A stretch of 64,000 bases of DNA, from NCBI RefSeq assembly GCF_964355755.1, contig NC_092677.1, positions 4,486,101-4,550,100 of the forward strand. Reading direction: 5' to 3'. Source of the stretch: Antedon mediterranea (taxonomy: Eukaryota > Animalia > Echinodermata). This document shows, one piece after another, positions 40,765 to 52,600 of this stretch (within the stretch, counting starts at the first letter, position 1; each line of letters begins with the position of its first letter). A program made the translations under genes and the position numbers. The notes beneath the pieces were generated by a model that was given only the letters and a program-made list of their open reading frames with translations, searched no databases and had not been told where the DNA came from.

Positions 40765-41930
40765 TAAACATACGTCGTAGTGTATCGTTACATGTACTGT
40801 ACTATTTCAATCGACTACGACGGTGATAGTTTCAACAAAGTATTACATCGCAATGTTTTACTGTGTTTAGTGGTATTTTATTTGTAAAACATGTTAATTA
40901 ATATTTCGTTACAAAATAAAAAATATATTTAAAAATTTTTCCTCTTTGCACCCATCCTCTTCCCCATCTCTCAACCATAATGTTACATACAAAACACAAA
41001 TTAAGTTTGTTTAAATTTGACTTAAACAATTGGTCTCATTTTGTGACAACTTTCTCTTTCGGAAGTAATTCCCAGTGTGCTAATTTTAGTTGAGTACATA
41101 AATCACAGTGTCTATTTAATCGTTCCTGTAAACGACATATATTATTGTCCTGCATTATTGTACATTTGAAATCGCCAGTTTTTTAGCGCTGAAATTACTG
41201 TGTATTCGAGAACCATCTGTGGGCACGACCTAGATGGTACGCGAGCGAAGCTAGTTACTATAATTATATAAAAACAAAATACACTGTACATATTTATCTT
41301 TTCTTGTTTGTAAATAATTTTCTTGTCCATTTTTTGGTCTTTCCTCCTCTTTATCTTTTTTACTATTAAACTTATTATTATCATTAGAAATAAAATGATC
41401 ACCTGTTGTTATTGTATGATATTCTTCTTCTTTATTTCTTTTTGTACAGATTGTGTGTCACAAATATCTCAAAAAGTTTAATGTCAATGATTATCAAAAT
41501 GTCTTTCAAATACTTTAACTTAGTTCTAATAAGCTTTTCATCGTGATCACATTATCAATCATATCTCCATAATTCATTATTACATATTTATGAAATTCAC
41601 TACACGTACCCTTCAGGTAAAGTTAAAAATATTAGCAAATAAAAACTTGTGCGTTTCAAGTTCATGCGCGTGAAATCGCGCGTTAAAAATTTAAAAATCT
41701 CAAAATTAAGTTTTGATCAATTTAGAGCATATATAATATACTTAGTAAACTACTATCTATATGATATAAAATATACACTGCTTGGTAATTCGCGATGCCT
41801 CCCCTCAATTAAAAGCTAACTCAAAATATGCGTAACAATATACAAATATTCCACAGCGCTTATTCTATTCACCTTTACTTCGCAAAATTCTATAAAAGAA
41901 CTTTTTGTTTAGTATAACTATTTCTGACCC
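40765..41930 (+). mobile_element. 3' end + 5' part of the 19006-21504 composite element, joined at CTAG|TTACTATA (41254/41255)
   Basis: 40765-41254 matches ~20985-21504; 41255-41930 matches 19006-19690. Confidence 0.65.
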
Positions 41931-41945
41931 GTCTTGATTCATTAT

Positions 41946-42603
41946 TACCTCCGCCAAGGAGGTATATGTAATCGATCGCGTGTGTTTGTTTGTCTGTTTG
42001 TCTGTTTGTTTGTTAGCAGGATTACTCAAAAAGTAATTACAAGGTCTTTACCATGAATGAATGAATGTACAGATAGATATGTGGTCAAGGACCATTCCAT
42101 TAAATTTTGGGACCATTTCGGACCACGGTCCCAATTCTGGACCACTTTTTAGTATACTTTTCAGACCTGCTAGTGTTAAAAAGATAGGACAGAATTTTTC
42201 AAAAGCCGGCGAGCAGTCTTAAAGTAATAAGTAAACTCAAATTAAATTTTCTCGAGAACTACTTGTCCAAAAAACTTCATTTTTGTACAAGAGGCAAGAG
42301 TTATAATTTGTGATTTGTAATTTTAAAACATAATTTTATTTAATGTGCACGTTTTTTGATGCGAGTTTTTTACAAAACCTATTTATTTTCAAATTCACTC
42401 GTTTGATTTTCGCGTTGCTGTTACATTAAACCATTACACCAAACTCGCATACACATGCTTGTAGTGAAATTAGCGTAAATCACAAGCATTAAGACACACA
42501 TAAATATACAGTATATATATATATATTTTTTTTTACCGGAGAAATCTTATGTAGGAGAATTTTACAGTAGGCGGAGGTATGCACTCTCGGAGTGGCTTTC
42601 TAG
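41946..42603 (+). mobile_element. Complete non-autonomous Helentron (HINE/DINE-1-like), family D
   Basis: 5' subTIR TTACCTCCGCC with partial IR GGAGGTA, (GTTT/GTCT)n microsatellite, 3' subTIR GGCGGAGGTA, hairpin CACTC-TCG-GAGTG, terminal CTAG. Confidence 0.85.
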
Positions 42604-42656
42604 TCTATAATTATAATTGAAAGTAATTCGCCCCGTAACACTATTATGCTGCTTAA

Positions 42657-45600
42657 GAGCCATTGTCTGTAAAAATCAAAGATTTGGTGGCAGATGTAAA
42701 AAAATGGATTTCTCTCAAATTTTTACCATGAATAGACATTTCAATAAAAAGCATATCTACAACATTCATTTTAATTTTTAGCCTCCGTTGCCATGACAAC
42801 GGTCAATTATCCAAATTTTGATGTTTTTGCCATTTTTCACAGATTTTCTATAGTGAAAAAGTACAAAATTGTATACTTATTTTAACCAAAAATACTTACA
42901 GTATACAGTTTTTGTTTATAGCAGTGTAAACAACATGTATTGAGTTCCATTTAATGTAGAAAAAAAATAAATTACAAAATGGAGTTTGGTTGATACCATT
43001 ATTTTAAAAAGGGGTGTTTTAAAAAAATTTTTTTTTTTATAAAAGTATTCCTCATAAACGTACCTATAACTTCCAAAGTGGTGTTTTTAAATCAATGAGG
43101 TTTTTTTAATTTGATAGTCAATAGGTTTGTCAACAATAATCACGAAAAAAACACTGGGGTAAATTTCGTACATAGGTTCTGTGTTGCCAGGAAAATACAA
43201 AAAATACAAAAAATGTAACAAAATATCAACAAACAAAACACTTGAAACACAATTTAAATATGGCTAATCCAATAATAAAATGTATATGTGGCTTGCCATA
43301 ATGCTACTAGAGTCATACGAATAGTTTAGATAAAATAGGAGAATGTGTTGCCAGGTTTATTTCAATTAATTGCCAGAAAAACAGTATTTTGCATTGAAAT
43401 ATTTAGTTGATGGAAAATAATGTTAAACTTGGAAATAATTGCGTCAATGGTTTTTATAAATTTTAAAATCTATTTTGTATAAAGAGATACAGAAAGACCT
43501 CTTAAAATATCTGACCTTGTAAATAGGTCATTTGAGGTCAAAAGGGGTCAGAATGCAAAACAGGACAGGTCCCCACTTTACTACAACTATTAATGTTTGA
43601 TCAAAATTTACAAGATAGTTCATAACAATTCTCAACAATTTTCATATTTTACCTATAGTGTTACCTTAGCAACCATTTCTATGTGTAACTAAGGAAAGTA
43701 ATTTAAAAAAAAACCGTAAAAAATGGCGTTTTTATAAATACAAAGAATTGATTGCATTTGTAATTTTTCTCAATTTTACTTCTACTGCATTCCATTAATG
43801 ACAAACTTGACCTTGTAAATTCATTCATTTTGAGGTCAAAATTTTACCATAGTAACTGTTTCTATGCGAAAATTTCAAAAAAAATAAGGAGTTTTTCATA
43901 AATACAAAACATTTTTTCTACATAGTTTTACATTTCTACTTTTTGCCAAATTTACTTTAAATACTGAATCCTAATAATCTCAGAAAGAAAGTCTTGACGA
44001 ATCTGAATAAAGGTAAAAAAATGACCTTTAGTGTTATCTTAAACCTGTTTACGTAACTAATGATATTTAAAAAAAAAAATTAAATATGGAGTTTTCATGA
44101 AAAAAAAAATGTTTACATATTGAGGTCAAATGACATCAACATTTTACCTATAGTGTATTGTATACAACTGTTTCTATACGTAACTAAGTACAATATTTTT
44201 AATATGGGGTTTCATGACTACAAACAATTGATAACATAGCTTTACTACCTTTTCCCAAATTTACTTATCTACAGTGAATCCCAGAAAATGTCTGACCTTG
44301 TGAAAGGGTCATTTGTTGGGTCAAGTTATGTCAAAATGTATTATTTATGTTATGTTAGAACCTGTTTCTATGCGTAACTAAGGATAATTGTTTTTTTAAA
44401 TACAGTTGAACCTCCCGTAAGTGGCCACCCTTGGGACCTGGAAAAGTGGCCGCTTATAATTGTAGGCCTATTATTATTTATAATCAGGTGGTTTAGTATT
44501 TTTTAGCATTTTCAGACAAATTTTAAAAACTTTTATCATATGAAAAATGGTCGGTCAAAATCTGTGTAGTTTTCTCATCTCTTCACAGTAATGTTTTTAA
44601 AACCTCTTCAAAATAAAGCTAATATATAAAGAAATACAATAAACATGCACCTCTAATTCATAGGTCCATGCAATAAGTATCACATTTTTCGATTGGCCGC
44701 TTACAAAAAATCTCATTTTGTATAAAAAGGTGCCCGCAGCTGCTTACGGTAAGCACTAAATGCACTAATTAGATAGGAAAAACAAACAGGCTTTTCAAAG
44801 TGCGTCCGTTAAGGGAGGTGGCCGCTGTAAATAAAATATGGGGTTTTCATGAATAAAAATAATCACAGAAGAAAGTGCTTACGAATATGACCTTGTGAAA
44901 CGGTAATTTGAAAATGCAAATAAGGCATGCCTGCTACTAATCTACAAATTTAAATATGCAAAATCTAAAGAATATCTCAATTTTAGTTACCATAGTAACT
45001 GTTGCTATGCATAACTAAGGGAAATTAAATAATTATCAGATAATTATTAATTAATAATTAATACTGAATCCAACCATCACAGTAAAAAAAAATAGAATTT
45101 AAAACCAATATTTAATAATAAAGTGTGATATTTTACATGCTGACCTTAAATGAAATGAAATTTCAAATCAGGGCTTCAATATTTGTTATGTAGCATTAAC
45201 ATACCTGAGTATATCATTGACTTTTGATTGGTTCTATTTTGGGGAGGGGAAAGTGGTGGATCCAGGACTTTTAAATAGTTAGGGGGTTGAAGGCGAGGGT
45301 CTAAAAACTTAACTTTATGTCCTATCTTTTGCATTGCAATTTTTAACTTGGGGTGGGTGGCGGCTTGGAGAAAGGGGGAGGGGGTGGAATGGAGGAGTTT
45401 GAATCCGTCTATTCATTGGAGCGATACTAGCGGCAGTGTTGGTGGTGCTTGAAATGCATGCATTTGACACTCTATAGTGGATGATCGACCAAAGTGTTGC
45501 AGTTTATCTTTTTGTGGTTATAGTCGTGGTGGGGGGGGGGGGGGGGTGGTAGTCGAAAGTGGTGGTAGATGGGCATGTGGGATCTGCTTAGGTTAGCAAA

Positions 45601-46447
45601 TAAAAGAAGTAAACAAATGAAAGAGGAGCTTCAAAATAAGAGAGGAGTAATCTGTTGCAAAGATTAAAATTCACAACGATCTGATAATTTATTCAAATTT
45701 CCAGAGGATATAACCTATAAAATGACATTAAAACTGGGAATTACAGAATCTATAATTAAAAATTAATTTTTTTTCTCTCAACACAACTAGAACTATATAA
45801 AACATTAAGAATTTTTCTGACCAATGAGTTTCAAATCAAATAATCAAAGAAAATAAAATGTTTTTACTAATATACCATGTTTTTTTTTTATAAAAATGCC
45901 TATGTTTCTCGCAACACTGCTTGTAGATTTTAAATTTACCCCAGTATTTTATTTTAGAAATCAATTATTAAACATTAGAACTACCTATTTGTAATAAATC
46001 AGCTAAAAAAATACACCACTTTGGGCGTTATGGTGAAGTAAAGTTTAGTTGCATTGAACAATTTTAAAAAAGTGAAAAACACCCCTTTTTAAATAAATGG
46101 TATCTCCCAAAGTATGAAATAAAAAATAATAAAAAAATTTGAAACAGGTACACAATGCATTGTTATTATGCATACACTAATTATTTTTTATAATTAAATG
46201 AACAAAACAAAAATATCGTTCATCAAAGTAGTACCAATATCCATTTTAAAAAACCTTAAAAAAGGACAAAATTTGTCAAAAACACAAATTTGGCCGTTGC
46301 CATGGAAATATACGTGTGAAAAAAAAAATACTTCATATTTGATTTCTCTCAACACATATATAGCCATGTGCAAAATTTGAAAGAAATCCATTTTTTTGAG
46401 TCTGCCACTCTTTTTGATATTTCTTTGATTCTTACAGACAATGGCTC
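42657..46447. mobile_element. Sola3-like non-autonomous DNA transposon
   Basis: TTAA|GAGCCATTGTCTGTAAAAATCAAAGA ... TCTTTGATTCTTACAGACAATGGCTC|TTAA; imperfect TIRs ~550 bp (AAAAAGGGGTGTTTT/AAAACACCCCTTTTT, CTGGGGTAAATTT/AAATTTACCCCAG); no transposase ORF seen. Confidence 0.8.
44402..44828. mobile_element. Tc1/pogo-like MITE nested in the Sola-like element, right end truncated
   Basis: TA|CAGTTGAACCTCCCGTAAGTGGCCACC ... GGGAGGTGGCCGCT. Confidence 0.6.
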
Positions 46448-46551
46448 TTAAAAGGTCAAAGCGCATTAGCCTTACGACTGTATTATATATCGGTCGAATC
46501 AATAGAATTAATCGTACACTCGTATCGGTTAGAGAGAAAGTGTTCTGTGTC

Positions 46552-46644
46552 ATGGCCGAGAAAATGAAGATTTGCTGGGAGCCGCTTACATTTTCAATGT
46601 TTAAAGACGGAGTTAAAGATCTTGTCAAAATGGGGAGTATTTTG
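46552..46644 (+). CDS. SLC47A: Exon 1 of a further MATE/SLC47 paralog (Z)
   Basis: MAEKMKICWEPLTFSMFKDGVKDLVKMGSIL|gtaagt, homologous to X2/Y2 exon 1 (MAEK...FS.FRNAVKDI...G.IL|gtaagt). Confidence 0.75.
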
Positions 46645-46664
46645 GTAAGTTGTCGATATTATTT

Positions 46665-49600
46665 TTAGGTGATCATTTAGAATAAAATGATCACCTATTG
46701 TTATTGTATAAAATCTTTATTATTAGGTGATCATTTAGAATAAAATGATCACCTATTGTTATTGTACAAAATCTTTATTATTGGTTATCCGCAACGAAGT
46801 TGCAGGATAACCTCTTGTGATTGTACGAAATCATCATCATCATCATCATCATCAACTTTTTATTCTTCTTCTTTCTTTCTGTATGATTTTTGTGTAACGC
46901 TTTTCTCTAAAACTCGCAAACATAACATTTTGTTAACTATGTTAACATTTTGACATTTATGTAACGTCGTCAAGCGAAGCTTTTCATGATGTTTACAATT
47001 GCGCAACGTGACGTACGCGCGATTTAACGATTTTATCGTATTTAACATATGTCGAAAACCAAATAACATTTTAAAGTGAAACTTTGCAAAAGTTTAATTT
47101 ATATCATGCGCTAAATTTCTGTTGAAAAAAAATTGCGTGTTTTACACAAAGTTACGCGCTCACGCACATTTAAAATTTCAAAATGCGCAAAATTAATTTA
47201 TAATCAACTTTCTACGCGTTTCATGTCGTTTTAAGCATGTCAAAAATTCCCACGCGTGCGCACATTTCTACGTGTGCGGTGCGCACGTAGCATTGAAAAC
47301 GTATTTTTTTCGCGTGATTTATGTTTTTCCAGCCTTTTCTAGTAATTTTACCAAATTTTAAACAATTTCGACTTAAAGATACGTCATACGAGCACGTCGA
47401 ATTGGACAATTTGCGCGCGTTTTTTATGAAAAGGTTAAAAAATTCGTTTAAAATATGCCTTTTTTTAAACAGTCGTAATTTCTAAACTAGACGGTCAAAT
47501 TTTTGTGGATGACATATTCTGGAAGTAGATGAGTTGTAGATATCGGATCAGGTATTAATATGGCTAACCGGACATTGTGACGTCATCGTATGGCCACGCG
47601 AATATAAAATTTAGTAGTTTTGTATCTTTCGTCATAGCTCATCACATTGAATAGAGCGCATCTCCACTTATCCGTTTTCCATTTTCACCCCGATTTTGAT
47701 ATTGTCTAGGTCAATCAACTATCTTTCGCATGAGTTAAAAATATTTTAATTGTTTTGACGTCATCATGCCTAAAAATTTAAATCACGTGTGGCATCAATT
47801 TCATCTTTACAGTAAATTTTAATCTGTTATAGCTCGTAAGAATAAAATGTGATAATCACGATTAAAACTTTTTCTGGAAGCTATTGGATTGTAGATATGA
47901 AATTATGTAAAAATGTTGCCAATCGGATGTTGTGACGTCATCATATAGCCAGTTAAATAAAAAAGGTCGTATTTTCATCTTTTTCGTCATAATTCATTAC
48001 ATTTAAAAGAGCGCGCATCAATATTTCACGTATTCAAATTTCTTCTACACGCTAATACGTTGTTGCTGAGATAATTTCCTTTCGGAATTGCTACCTTCGC
48101 GTTTCATTTTAAAACCGTCAAAATGTTAAAAATTGCAATAAATAGCGGGTCCCGTAATTTCACCTATTCTACACTGTATGTGATATGGATACAGATTATA
48201 CTGTGTCTACTATATATGAATTTAAATAATAACATTCAGTAATAACAACATATCATATTCTTAAGTTCAGGTCATAATGCCAACGTGAACACTTCCTTTT
48301 GTTCTCAACCTATCCCCTTAATGTTAATGTTGCACCACTTGCGCGGCGGATAACCAAACTCGTCAAAGTGACGAGTTACATGTCTAGTTGGTTATCCGCA
48401 ACGAAGTTGCAGGATAACCTCTTGTGATTGTACGAAATCAACCTGTATGATTTTTGTGTAACGCTTTTCTCTAAAACTCGCAAACATAACATTTCGGTAA
48501 CTATCTTAACATATTGACATTTACGTAACGTCGTCAAGCGAAGCTTTTCATGACGTTTACAATTGCGCAACGTGACTTACGCGCGATTTAACGATTTTGT
48601 CGTATTTAACATAGCTCGACAACCAAATAACATTTCAACTTGAAACTTTGCAAAAGTTTAATTTATATCATGCGCTAACTTTCTGTTGAAAAAAAATTGC
48701 GTGTTTTACACAAAGTTACGCGCGCACGCGCATTTAAAATTTCAAAATGCGCAAAATTAATTTATAATCAACTTTCTACGCGTTTCATGTCGTTTTAAGC
48801 ATGTCAAAAATTCCCACGCGTGCGCACATTTTTACGTGTGCGGTGCGCACGTAGTATTGAAAACGTACTTTTTTCACGTGATTTATATTTTTCCAGCCTT
48901 TTCTAGTAATTTTACCAAATTTTAAACAATTTAGACTTAAAGATACGTCATACGAGCACGTCGAATTGGACAATTTGCGCGCGTTTTTTATGAAAAGGTT
49001 AAAAAATTCGTTTAAAATATGCCTTTTTTAAAACAGTCGTAATTTCTAAACTAGACGGTCAACTTTTTGTGGATGGCATATTCTGGAAGTAGATGAGTTG
49101 TAGATATCGGATCAGGTATTAATATGGCTAACCGGACATTGTGACGTCATCGTATGGCCACGCGAATATAAAATTTAGGATTTTTGTATCTTTCGTCATA
49201 GCTCATCACATTGAATAGAGCGCATCTCCACTTATCCGTTTTCCATTTTCACCCCGATTTTGATTTTGTCTAGGTCAATCAAGTATCTTTCGCATGAGTT
49301 AAAAATATTTTAATTTTTTTGACGTCATCATGCCTAAAAATTTTAATCACGTGTGGCATCAATTTCATCTTTACAGTAAATTTTAATCTGTTATAGCTCG
49401 TAAGAATAAAACTTGATAATCACGATTAAAACTTTTTCTGGAAGCTATTGGATTGTAGATACGAAATTATGTAAAAATGTTGCCAATCGGATGTTGTGAC
49501 GTCATCATATGGCCAGTTAAATAAAAAAGGTCGTATTTTCATCTTTTGCGTCATAATTCATTACATTTAAAAGAGCGCGCATCAATATTTCACGTATTCA

Positions 49601-52600
49601 AATTTCTTCTACACGCTAATACGTTGTTGCTGAGATAATTTCCTTTCGGAATTGCTAACTTCGCGTTTCATTTTAAAACCGTCAACATGTTAAAAATTGT
49701 AATAAATAGCGGGTCCCGTAATTTCACCTATTCTACACTGTATGTGATATGGATACAGATTATACTGTGTATACTATATATGAATTTAAATAATAAAATT
49801 CAGCAATAACAACAGATCATATTCTTCAGTTCAGTTCATAATGCCAACGTGAACACTTCCTTTTGTCCTCAACCTATCCCCTTAATGTTAATGTTGCACC
49901 ACTTGCGCGGCGGATAACCAAACTCGTCAAAGTGACGAGTTACATGTCTAGTTCTGTATTATTCTTCTTTCTTTCTCGCTATTTTTGTGTAGAGCGTTTC
50001 TCTAAAATGTGTAAACATAACATTTTATAACTTTGACAACATGTGGGCATTTACGTAAAGTTGTGCACCTCCTATTTTTGAATTACGTCAGAGTTGCGCA
50101 ACGTGACTTACGCGCGATTTTATGATTTTTTTATGATTGATCATAGATTAAAAACTAAAAGTGATTTTTAATTGACACTTTGTGAAAGTTTAATTTATAT
50201 CATGCGCTAACTTTCTGTTTGAAAAAAATTGCGTGTTTTACACAAAGTTACGCGCGCACGCGCATTTAAAATTTCAAAATGCGCAAAAATAATTTCTAAT
50301 CAACTTTCTACGCGTTTCATGTCATTTTAAGCATGTACAAAATTACCGCGCGCGCGAAAAATATTACGCGCACGGTGCGCATAGAGCATGAAAATCATGT
50401 TTTTTTCTCTTGAATTGTGATTTTCCAGCCTTTCCTAGTCATTTTCAAAAAGATTGACATCATTTCAAATTAAAATTACGTCATACGAACACGTTGATTT
50501 AGCCCATTTGCGCGCGTTTTAGTTGAAAAAGTTACAAAATGTTGTCAAAATTATGCCTATTTTGAATGTTTTATAGCTTCTCAGGATCAACGATTACCCC
50601 TAATTTTTTTAACTTAATATGTAAGCAGATATGTTGTAGATATGAATTCATGCAGAATTTTTACCTCACGGATGTTGTGACGTCATCATATGGCCACACG
50701 AATGTAAAATATAGGATTTTTTTTGTCTTTCGTTATTGCTCATCACATTCAATGGAGCGCATCACGCTTGTACGTATTTCTTTTTCTCCGAGATTTTAAT
50801 ATTGTCTAGGTCAATCAACAATCTTTCGCATGAGATAAAAATATTTTAATTTTTATGACGTCATCATGCCTAAAAATTTTAATTACGTGGGTCATTAATT
50901 TCATCTTTACAGTAAATTTTAATCTGTAATAGCCCGTCAAAATAAAATGTGATAATCACCATTAAAACATTTTCTGGAAGCTCTTGGATTGTAGATATGA
51001 AATCATGTGAACATTTTGCCAATCAGATGCTGTGACGTCATCATATTGCAAGTTAAATAAAAAAAGTCGTATTTTCATCTTTTGCATCATAGTTCATTAT
51101 ATTCAAAAGAGCGCGCATCAATATTAAACGTATTCAAATTTCTTCTACACGTTAATATGTTGTTGCTGAGATAATTTGCTTCCGAAATTGCTATCTTAGT
51201 GTTTCATCTTGATACCGTCGCCGTGTTACAAATTTGAATAAATGGCGGGTCCCGTAATTTCACCTATTCTACACTGTATGTAACATGTATACAGATTATA
51301 CTGTTTGCATGTATATACTATATGACACAAAATTGACAGAATTCAGCACTAACAACATATCATATTCTTCAGATCAGGTCATAATGCCATAATTTTTTCT
51401 GTGTGCAATATTCTAACGTATGACGTGCACGTGGCGTTTGTCGTGCGGATAACTAACTCGTCAAAGTGACGAGTTACATGTCTAGTTATTTCTCTTCTTT
51501 CTTTCTGTATGATTTTTGTGGAACGCTTTTCTCTAAAACTTGCAAACATAACATTTTGTAACTTTTTCAACATATTTTCATGCACATGAAGATGTGCAGC
51601 GAAGCTTTTCATGATGTTTACAATTGCGCAACGTGACGTACGCGCGATTTAACGATTTTGTCGTATTTAACATAGCTCGACAACCAAATAACATTTCAAC
51701 TTGAAACTTTGCAAAAGTTTAATTTATATCATGCGCTAACTTTCTGTTGAAAAAAAATTGCGTGTTTTACACAAAGTTACGCGCGCACGCGCATTTAAAA
51801 TTTCAAAATGCGCAAAATTAATTTATAATCAACTTTCTACGCGTTTCATGTCGTTTTAAGCATGTCAAAAATTCCCACGCGTGCGCACATTTTTACGTGT
51901 GCGGTGCGCACGTAGCATTGAAAACGTATTTTTTTCGCGTGATTTATATTTTTCCAGCCTTTTCTAGTAATTTTACCAAATTTTAAACAATTTCGAATTA
52001 AAGATACGTCATACGAGCACGTCGAATTGGACAATTTGCGCGCGTTTTTTATGAAAAGCTTAAAAAATTCGTTTAAAATATGCCTTTTTTTACACAGTCG
52101 TAATTTCTAAACTAGACGGTCAACTTTTTGTGGATGACATATTCTGGAAGTAGATGAGTTGTAGATATCGGATCAGGTATTAATATGGCTAACCGGACAT
52201 TGTGACGTCATCGTATGGCCACGCGAATATAAAATTTAGGATTTTTGTATCTTTCGTCACAGCTTATCACATTGAATAGAGCGCATTTCCACTTATCCGT
52301 TTTCCATTTTCACCCCGATTTTGATATTGTCTAGGTCAATCAACTATCTTTCGCATGAGTTAAAAATATTTTAATTTTTTTGACGTCATCATGCCTAAAA
52401 ATTTAAATCACGTGTGGCATTAATTTCATCTTTACTGTAAATTTTAATCTGTTATAGCTCGTAAGAATAAAATGTGATAATCACGATTAAAACTTTTTCT
52501 GGAAGCTATTGGATTGTAGATACGAAATTATGTTAAAATGTTGCCAATCGGCTGTTGTGACGTCATCATATGGCCAGTTAAATAAAAAAGGTCGTATTTT

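Noticed and set aside
45520-45570. Long G run, possible G-quadruplex
   Set aside because: Simple homopolymer inside a transposon; no support for function.
46194-46628. 144 aa minus-strand ORF as possible transposase
   Set aside because: Spans the TIR and antisense of exon 1; no DDE or other motif recognised.
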